From Acidobacteriota bacterium (GTDB taxonomy: Bacteria; Acidobacteriota; UBA6911): a stretch of 64,000 bases of DNA. The DNA lies in assembly GCA_963664705.1 (NCBI GenBank), contig OY761556.1, positions 544,001-608,000 of the forward strand, in the 5' to 3' direction. The position numbers were made by a program, and so were the translations under genes. Shown here in pieces: positions 57,104 to 64,000 of the stretch. A model generated the notes under the pieces. It worked only from the letters and a program-made list of their open reading frames with translations. It did not search any database and had not been told where the DNA came from. The number at the start of each line of letters is the position of its first letter. Positions within the stretch are counted from its first letter, which is position 1.

Positions 57104-59693
57104 AATTGGATTTGTGATCATCAAAGGAAGGCTTTTCGTTCTGGGCCTTTGTCTGCACTTGTTCTGTCTTCTCCCATGGTGTGCCGCCTCCATGCAGGGC
57201 AAACCCTCCACCCTCGCATCCCACGAAAACCTTGAGGCAAAGGAGCTCTTCAAATTACGGCAAGCCGGTGCCTATCGCGAAGCTTGTCGGCGTGGGGAGG
57301 AATATCTGTCGAAACGAGGCGAGTCGGCGATTCTGCGACTGGAATATGGCCGTAGCCTTGTAGCGGTTGGGGAGTACGGGCCTGGAGAGAATGCGCTTAG
57401 GGCGGCCATTGCGAATGCCCCGATAGTTTCCACGCTGAGGTTTCACGCAATTCGGACGTTGGCTGAGTTGCTTGAAGTAACGGGCCGTCAGAAGGAAGCC
57501 GTATCGCTTTGGGATCAGTTGCTGGCTCAATACAGGACCGGAGGGGTGAATGACAGTGAGACCTTGGGTGAATTGGCTGTGGCTGCCTGGCATCGAGGGT
57601 ATTTCCGGGAGGCTCAAAATATCTTCGTGGATGCAACCGACCCAGAACGGAGTGCTGTATCCGCGGAGGTGCTCACCGATTTTGGCTTTCTGCTGCTCGA
57701 AAAATACAATGCCAAGGATGCGCTCGGGGCCTTTCGCGACAGTCTGAAGTTGGACAACTCGGCGCGGGCGAAGCTTGGCATAGCGCTTGCAAAAAAGTAC
57801 GACAATGATTTCGAGGTGGAGGTGAATGCCCGCGCTGCACTCGAGATCAACCCTTACCTGGTCGGGGCGCGGAATGTATTGGCCCAGCTTGCAATTGAAG
57901 AAGAAGCCTATCCGGAGGCGCTCGAGCATATTGAAGCTGCCCTGAGGGTTAATCCTTTGGACCTGGAAACCCTCAGCCTGCAGGCATTCTGCCGCTACGT
58001 TCAGGGAGACATGTCCGGGTTTGCCAATATCGAGAAGCGCGTGCTGGGGCTTAACCCATCATACGGGGAGTTCTACCGCATACTGGCGGATAACCTTGTT
58101 TCCAGAAGAAAATACCAGGAGGCCGTAGACTGGAGCCGGAAAGCAATTGCAATTCAGCCGGCACTTTGGACTGCTCATGTACTGCTGGGAATGAATCTCA
58201 TGCGCGTCGGCAACATCGAGGAGGGACGAAAGTCCATTCAGCGGGCGTTTGAGGGAGATCCCTACAACGTATGGGCAGTCAATTCGCTGGATCTTTTTGA
58301 TCAGGTCAAATCCTTTAGCCGGATACAGAGCGAGCATTTTGCTTTCCGTATGGCCAAGGAGGATGCTTCATCTATCGGGTCTTTTGCCCCTGCATTGGCT
58401 GAAGAGGTCTATTCCAAATTGACGCAGCGCTATGGCTTCACACCCGAAGGCCCGATCCAGATTGAAATCTATCCGGATCATGGTGGCTTTGCGGTTCGAA
58501 CCCTCGGACTTCCGGGGTTGTCGGGAGTCCTGGGTGTCTGTTTTGGCAAAGTCATTGCCATGGATGCTCCCGGTACCAGACCCAAAGGAACGTATAATTG
58601 GGGATCCACCTTGTGGCATGAATTTGCGCATGTCATTACCCTTCAAATGACCAAGCATAATATTCCCCGTTGGTATTCAGAGGGCTTATCTGTTTATGAA
58701 GAACATAAAGCCCGTCCCGGTTGGGGCGAGAACCTGACCCTTGATTTCCTTCGCGCCTACAAGGCTGGAAAGCTCATGAAGGCAAGCGAATTGAACATGG
58801 GGTTCGTACGCCCGTCGAGCCCCGAACAGGTGATGCTGACCTACTACCAGGCGGGGTTGATCTGTGAAATGATCGAGGAGAAATACGGGTTTGATAAGAT
58901 ACGCCAGTCTCTCCTCCTTTTTGCGGAAAACAAATCTGCACAAGAAGTATTTCATCAAACGCTTGGAATGGATCAGGCTCAGATGGATGAAGCCTATGCA
59001 AAATATCTGGATTCGCGCGTGAAAGCGATTGCGGAACATATTCGGTTTGAAAAAGATGGATCCAAACCGGACACAGCGGATAAGGCCAGCCTGCTTCAGA
59101 AAGTGAAAGACAATCCTGGGGATTTCTGGGCCAATCTGAGTCTGGGGCGGTTGCTTCGCAAGGAAGGATCCCTCGCGGGGGCCGAAATTTATTTGAAAGA
59201 TGCCCAGCGGAGTTTCCCGCAGTACGTGGAAGAGGGGAATTCCTACCAGTTGCTTGGGGAAATCTACGGTGAGCTGAAGCGAAATGATGAGGCTTTGGCT
59301 CAGTTCAGGAATTGGAGCCTGGTGGATGGGTCTGCCCTCGATCCGCTGGCCGCTGCTGCCCGCATCTACCTGGATCGCAAGGATTGGGCTTCTGCCACGG
59401 AGGTGTTGAGCCTTTCCATTTACATAGATCCCTACGATCTGCAGGTTTTTAAGAAGCTCGGCGATGCGGCTATGGCCTGCGGGAAATGGTCCACCGCCAT
59501 AGATGCTTATCGCAGCCTTGCCGGTTCGAAAGTCGCGGATTCTGCCGGGGCGCATTTTGATTTGGCCCGTGCCCTTCTGGAATCCGGCAACCGGCCGGAG
59601 TCGAAACGAGAGGTGCTGAAGGCGCTGGAAATTGCGCCCTCCTATCGCGAGGCACAGGAGTTGCTGTTGAGCCTGAGCGGGGAAGCAAAATGA
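57084..59693 (+). CDS. TPR-repeat protein with a central clan-MA (HEXXH) metallopeptidase domain
   Basis: Many TPRs (AL..NP, A...LG); TLWHEFAHV...IPRWYSEGL. Confidence 0.87.
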   Translation: MQSFRSRIGFVIIKGRLFVLGLCLHLFCLLPWCAASMQGKPSTLASHENLEAKELFKLRQAGAYREACRRGEEYLSKRGESAILRLEYGRSLVAVGEYGPGENALRAAIANAPIVSTLRFHAIRTLAELLEVTGRQKEAVSLWDQLLAQYRTGGVNDSETLGELAVAAWHRGYFREAQNIFVDATDPERSAVSAEVLTDFGFLLLEKYNAKDALGAFRDSLKLDNSARAKLGIALAKKYDNDFEVEVNARAALEINPYLVGARNVLAQLAIEEEAYPEALEHIEAALRVNPLDLETLSLQAFCRYVQGDMSGFANIEKRVLGLNPSYGEFYRILADNLVSRRKYQEAVDWSRKAIAIQPALWTAHVLLGMNLMRVGNIEEGRKSIQRAFEGDPYNVWAVNSLDLFDQVKSFSRIQSEHFAFRMAKEDASSIGSFAPALAEEVYSKLTQRYGFTPEGPIQIEIYPDHGGFAVRTLGLPGLSGVLGVCFGKVIAMDAPGTRPKGTYNWGSTLWHEFAHVITLQMTKHNIPRWYSEGLSVYEEHKARPGWGENLTLDFLRAYKAGKLMKASELNMGFVRPSSPEQVMLTYYQAGLICEMIEEKYGFDKIRQSLLLFAENKSAQEVFHQTLGMDQAQMDEAYAKYLDSRVKAIAEHIRFEKDGSKPDTADKASLLQKVKDNPGDFWANLSLGRLLRKEGSLAGAEIYLKDAQRSFPQYVEEGNSYQLLGEIYGELKRNDEALAQFRNWSLVDGSALDPLAAAARIYLDRKDWASATEVLSLSIYIDPYDLQVFKKLGDAAMACGKWSTAIDAYRSLAGSKVADSAGAHFDLARALLESGNRPESKREVLKALEIAPSYREAQELLLSLSGEAK

Positions 59694-60520
59694 CGGAAAG
59701 CAGATTGCGAAAGACGAATGAAAAGACGAGACCCGGTGGGTTTCGTAGCCTTCACTTTTGCATTCGCAATTCATCAGGGATCATTTTCTTCCTGCTGGCC
59801 CTTGTTGCTGTTGCTGCCGGCCACTTCTCCGGGATTGCTCAGGAATCAGAGCAGGAGTTGGCCCGGAAGGAAAGCCGTTTTACTTTCGGCAGGATTTATT
59901 TTGATTCCCCACTGACGCGAATATTCAGCGGACCGATCGGCGCCGGGAATGGTCCGCCATGGAGCCATGACTGGCCTCGGTCTGAAGAGCATTTTATGAA
60001 GATTATGGCGGAGGTTACCAGGCTGGATGTGAACCCCGGGGGGCATATTCTCTCGTTTCAGAATGATGAATGTTTCAAATATCCTATAGCGTACCTGTGC
60101 GAAGTCGGATACATGAATCTTTCAGATCAGGAAGCACGCCGGATGGCCGAATACCTTCTGCGCGGCGGGTTCCTCATTGTGGACGATTTTCGCGGGGAGC
60201 GTGAATTTGCTAATTTTCAGATGCAGATGAAACGGGTATTTCCGAAGCGCTCCCTGGAGGAATTGCCCCGGTCACATCCCATCTGGACCTGTTTTTACGA
60301 TATCTCAAAATTGATGATCGAGCCGCCCTACTCCAGGTTCCTGACTCCTCAGTATTTCGGAATGAGCGATGACACCGGACGGCTTATGATGGTTGTTGAT
60401 TACAATAACGACATCAGCGATTACTGGGAATGGTCGGATGACCCTTTGACTCCCATCGAGGAGTCCAACGAAGCTTACAAATACGGGGTCAACTACGTGA
60501 TGTATGCGTTAACGCATTAG
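59690..60520 (+). CDS. DUF4159 domain protein, second paralog
   Basis: FTFGR.Y, WSHDWP, YP..Y..E.G, YL.RGGF..VDDF, HPI, D.SD.WE, G.NY..YA.TH. Confidence 0.85.
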   Translation: MTESRLRKTNEKTRPGGFRSLHFCIRNSSGIIFFLLALVAVAAGHFSGIAQESEQELARKESRFTFGRIYFDSPLTRIFSGPIGAGNGPPWSHDWPRSEEHFMKIMAEVTRLDVNPGGHILSFQNDECFKYPIAYLCEVGYMNLSDQEARRMAEYLLRGGFLIVDDFRGEREFANFQMQMKRVFPKRSLEELPRSHPIWTCFYDISKLMIEPPYSRFLTPQYFGMSDDTGRLMMVVDYNNDISDYWEWSDDPLTPIEESNEAYKYGVNYVMYALTH

Positions 60521-60552
60521 GTATATCCGGTAGCTGAAAGGGAACGAATACG

Positions 60553-61578
60553 ATGGACGTTCAATCGATGGTTGCCAACGATTCAGAATTGGTGGAAAGA
60601 CTCCGTGTCGGTCATCGCGGAATTATGAAGGAACTGAGGAAGGTGATTATTGCGCAGAAAACCGTGGTGGATCAGGCGCTGATATCGCTTCTCGTCGGAG
60701 CGCATTCCATGATTACCGGCGTTCCCGGCCTTGCGAAAACGCTGCTCATCAAAACGCTTGCGCAGATTTTGGATCTAAGCTTTAAGAGGATCCAATTTAC
60801 GCCTGACCTGATGCCCGCCGACATAACCGGAACCGATATCATCCAGGAAGATGTCGGTACCGGCAAACGCGAGCTTGTATTTATGAAGGGACCGATTTTT
60901 GCGAACATATTGTTGGCCGACGAAATCAACCGCACGCCGCCCAAGACCCAGGCTGCGCTGCTTGAGGCAATGGAAGAACTGCAGGTAACCGTTCAGGGTA
61001 TTACTTACCGGATGGAACGCCCATTTTTTGTTCTGGCAACGCAGAACCCGATTGAACTCGAGGGAACATACCCTCTCCCTGAGGCCCAGTTGGACCGGTT
61101 TATGTTCAATGTCGTCATCGATTACCTTGGAGAAGAAGATGAGCATACGGTTGTAACGACAACAACGGTGCCGCAGGATATTCGGCTCGAAAGGACCGTC
61201 ACGGGTCCGGACATCATTGCATTTCAGGAACTTGTGCGCCGCGTGCCGGTTCCTGAATCCGTATCCCGATATGCGGTGGCTCTGGTGAGAGCCAGCAGGC
61301 CCGGTATCACTAACCCCCCGCAGGAGTTCATAAAGGAATTTGTCAGTTGGGGAGCCAGCCCGCGGGCAGCCCAGTATCTTATGCTTGCGGGCAAAGCTCG
61401 GGCATTGCTGCACGGTCGGTTCAATGTATCGGTGGAGGACGTCCAGGAGTTGGCCTATCCCGTTATGCGCCATCGGATTTTGACAAACTTTCATGCCGAA
61501 TCGCAGAAGGTCTCCACAGATGAGATTATTCGCCGTCTCCTGGAAGTAGTGCCTGTTCCCAAATCCGGCCTTCGCTAG
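60553..61578 (+). CDS. moxR: MoxR-family AAA+ ATPase
   Basis: GVPGLAKT, RIQFTPDLMP.D, LADEINR.PPKTQ.ALLEAM, ATQNPIE.EGTYPLPEAQLDRF, GASPRA, RHRI. Confidence 0.95.
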   Translation: MDVQSMVANDSELVERLRVGHRGIMKELRKVIIAQKTVVDQALISLLVGAHSMITGVPGLAKTLLIKTLAQILDLSFKRIQFTPDLMPADITGTDIIQEDVGTGKRELVFMKGPIFANILLADEINRTPPKTQAALLEAMEELQVTVQGITYRMERPFFVLATQNPIELEGTYPLPEAQLDRFMFNVVIDYLGEEDEHTVVTTTTVPQDIRLERTVTGPDIIAFQELVRRVPVPESVSRYAVALVRASRPGITNPPQEFIKEFVSWGASPRAAQYLMLAGKARALLHGRFNVSVEDVQELAYPVMRHRILTNFHAESQKVSTDEIIRRLLEVVPVPKSGLR

Positions 61579-61609
61579 TTGCGGGCCTTAATGATCGATT
61601 GAGATTAGT

Positions 61610-62509
61610 ATGAGCGATTTTCAGGCAACCCGTTTCCTTGATCCTCAAGCCCTGACTCGAATTGCCTCGCTGGAACTCATAGCCAGAACGGTGGTGGAGG
61701 GATTTATCTCAGGGCTGCATCGATCTCCGCACCTGGGATTCAGTGTGGATTTTGCGGAATACAGTCCCTACAGACCCGGTGATGATATTCGCAAAATTGA
61801 CTGGAAGGTGTATGCCCGAACAGATCGGTTCTTTATCAAAAACTATGAGGGGGAGACCAATACCAGCATACATCTCATTCTCGACTGCAGCCGATCCATG
61901 TCTTATGGCAGCCAGGCAGTCACCAAACTTGCCTACGGCCAGTACCTGGCTGCGTCGCTCGGCTATTTTGCATTTAAACAGAGAGATGCTGTGGGATTTG
62001 TATCCTACGATGAAGATGTTATTCGCTACGTTCCAGCGCGCGGGTCGGTGGGACATCTGAATACAGTGCTTCACGCCATTGAAAATTCCGAACCTGGGAA
62101 AAAGACCAGTTTTGTAAAACCATTGGTGAGTGTCGCCGAACGGCTTCGAAGACGCGGGATCGTTATTGTGATATCCGATCTATATGATGAGCCTGAAAAG
62201 GTCATCAGCGGATTGAGGCACCTGGCTTATCGCGGGAATGATGTTATTGTGTTTCAAATCCTGGATCCGGCAGAAATTCGATTTGATTTTCCCGAGGCGG
62301 CTCAGTTCGTGGATTTGGAAACACGGGCTGAAATGCTGGTGGTCCCGGAATATATTCGCCAGGAGTATCGCCGCGTGCTCCAGGCGCAGATTGCCGACTA
62401 TGAAAAGGAATGCCGGAAAGATCGAATGGATTTTTTTCAGATCGATACCTCGCAGCCTTTGGATCAGGCATTGTTCAACTATCTGGTGCGTAGAGAGCAA
62501 TTATATTAG
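61610..62509 (+). CDS. DUF58 domain protein
   Basis: G.H.S...G.S..FAEY..Y.PGDD.R.IDWK..AR, LDCSRSM, D.VG, ISD. Confidence 0.93.
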   Translation: MSDFQATRFLDPQALTRIASLELIARTVVEGFISGLHRSPHLGFSVDFAEYSPYRPGDDIRKIDWKVYARTDRFFIKNYEGETNTSIHLILDCSRSMSYGSQAVTKLAYGQYLAASLGYFAFKQRDAVGFVSYDEDVIRYVPARGSVGHLNTVLHAIENSEPGKKTSFVKPLVSVAERLRRRGIVIVISDLYDEPEKVISGLRHLAYRGNDVIVFQILDPAEIRFDFPEAAQFVDLETRAEMLVVPEYIRQEYRRVLQAQIADYEKECRKDRMDFFQIDTSQPLDQALFNYLVRREQLY

Positions 62510-62516
62510 CCAACAC

Positions 62517-62546
62517 GACTGACTACTGACTACTGACTACTGACTA
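62517..62546. repeat. GACTACT heptamer tandem repeat abutting the batA-like start
   Basis: GACT GACTACT GACTACT GACTACT GACTA(TG). Confidence 0.85.
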
Positions 62547-64000
62547 TGAATTTTGTGAATCCTCTTTTTCTGATTGGCGGGCTGGCGGCAGGGATTCCGA
62601 TCCTCCTGCACCTTATCAGAAGGGAGCATGCCAGGAAGATCGAGTTCTCGACTCTGATGTTTCTGCAGCGTGTTTCCAGGCGTTCTATTCGATATCAAAA
62701 ACTGCGGCACCTTCTGCTCCTGCTTTTGCGAATTCTGGCTTTCCTGCTGATCGTCCTTGCCTTCATGCGGCCCTATCGGGAAAAGGCGCAGGCGAGTGCG
62801 TCCATTGGCAGAATATCGACGGCACATATTATTGTCGTGGATAACTCGTTGAGCATGGCGTACCGCGACCATTGGGATAAAGCCAAGGAGGCCGCAGTTC
62901 GCATTATTCACAAGTCTGAGCCAGGCGATAAATTTGCGATACTCCAGTTTTCGGATAGAACGGTAGCCAGGACGGCTTTCATCGCGGGATCGTCCGAGGC
63001 TGAGAGCGAGGTCCGTCATCTGGAATTGAGTGATCAGGCGACCCGATATGCTCAAGCGCTGCGGGTGGCAGAAAGGTTTGCCCTTGATGCCGGTACCCGG
63101 AAGCGGATCATTCACCTCATTTCCGATTTTCAAAAAAACGGCTGGATGGCGGAAGAACGCGATTTTCAACTGGGCGCAGGCATTGAGCTGGATCCCATAG
63201 ATGTGGGATCCGCGGATTTCAGCAATCTCGCGTTTAGAGATGTTCACCTGGCAGGAAACGATCTGGCCCAGGGAAGCGAGATCAGCATTAACGCATCCGT
63301 CGAGAATTATGGGAAACTGGATCGCAAAAACATTTTGATAAAACTGTTTTTGGATGGACGTTCTGTCGCGGAAAAACGGGTAGATATCGGGTCCGGGGCA
63401 TCCCAGGGGATTGAATTTTCCTTGCCAGGGCTCACGTCAGGCATTCATCCTGCGGTGCTGGAGGTCGAAGACCCATATCTGGCGCGAGATAATCGGTTTT
63501 ATATGACGGTCGAGGCCAGAACCAAGACTCTCGTCCAGGTGGTCGAAACCGAAAATACGGATGAGCGGCATTCTCCAGGGTATTTCCTTTCCAAAGCCCT
63601 GAATATCGATACGCTTTCTCCATACAGGATGGCGGTTGTTTCGCCGCAAAATCCTGCGATCAGCGGGAGCCTCCTGATATGGAACAGCACCACAGGTGGA
63701 ACCGCCGGTGTTCAGGAGAAGATACGAGCCTTTGTGAAATCCGGAGGTGGGCTGGCCATAACCATGCCGGAGGGTCTGCAGGCGTCCGAATTCAATCGAA
63801 CTTTCGGCTCCTGGCTTCCCATCAGATATATGGAGGGAACCAACCCCTCGTCCTTTTCCAGGCGACCTTCGGAGGACTATGCCTTGATGACGGCTATCCG
63901 GATGGATCATCCAGTTTTCAAGCCGTTCAGTCAGCCTAATTCCGGGTCGTTCTCCGGCGTTCGATTTTTCCGACATGCTAAACTATCGGTAGGTTCTGCT
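62546..64000 (+). CDS. BatA N-terminal double-TM + vWA + CARDB-like protein, 3'-truncated (absent from the ORF track)
   Basis: Translated by hand from ATG 62546: MNFVNPLFLIGGLAAGIPILLHLIRREHARKIEFSTLMFL...LLLLLRILA....LAFMRP; MIDAS VDNSLSM and ISDFQ. Confidence 0.9.
   Translation, partial: MNFVNPLFLIGGLAAGIPILLHLIRREHARKIEFSTLMFLQRVSRRSIRYQKLRHLLLLLLRILAFLLIVLAFMRPYREKAQASASIGRISTAHIIVVDNSLSMAYRDHWDKAKEAAVRIIHKSEPGDKFAILQFSDRTVARTAFIAGSSEAESEVRHLELSDQATRYAQALRVAERFALDAGTRKRIIHLISDFQKNGWMAEERDFQLGAGIELDPIDVGSADFSNLAFRDVHLAGNDLAQGSEISINASVENYGKLDRKNILIKLFLDGRSVAEKRVDIGSGASQGIEFSLPGLTSGIHPAVLEVEDPYLARDNRFYMTVEARTKTLVQVVETENTDERHSPGYFLSKALNIDTLSPYRMAVVSPQNPAISGSLLIWNSTTGGTAGVQEKIRAFVKSGGGLAITMPEGLQASEFNRTFGSWLPIRYMEGTNPSSFSRRPSEDYALMTAIRMDHPVFKPFSQPNSGSFSGVRFFRHAKLSVGSA

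Noticed and set aside
62517-62546. Repeats as a CRISPR array
   Set aside because: 7-nt units without spacers; no cas genes.

Overview
Gene-dense chromosomal window from a diderm bacterium, most likely Acidobacteriota (inferred from the acidobacterial-type vWA lipoprotein-like gene, the basic PgsA tail and the DUF4159/MoxR operon). It has four parts. (1) 1-19.4 kb: housekeeping and envelope genes (ileS-lspA-lolA-suhB-yqeY-uvrC, pgsA, mpl, a ChlI-like ATPase/vWA pair), plus an ECF sigma factor followed by an orphan emfourin gene with structured intergenic RNA. (2) 19.5-33.7 kb: an ABC-transporter (Wzm/Wzt) glycan locus whose proteins carry unusual extra domains. (3) 33.8-51.4 kb: two mirror-image amino-sugar decoration modules (DegT aminotransferase + paralogous methyltransferase + polyprenyl-P GT2 + GT-C). 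They point away from a small central block containing a degenerate cyclophilin. (4) 51.4-64 kb: an uncharacterised operon DUF4159 - vWA/GATase - caspase-like pseudoprotease - TPR/HEXXH peptidase - DUF4159 - MoxR - DUF58 - BatA, truncated at the window edge. Short 7-nt tandem repeats recur at gene junctions. I found no rRNA, tRNA, CRISPR array, transposase or integrase. All family calls come from motifs recognised by eye; no database search was run.
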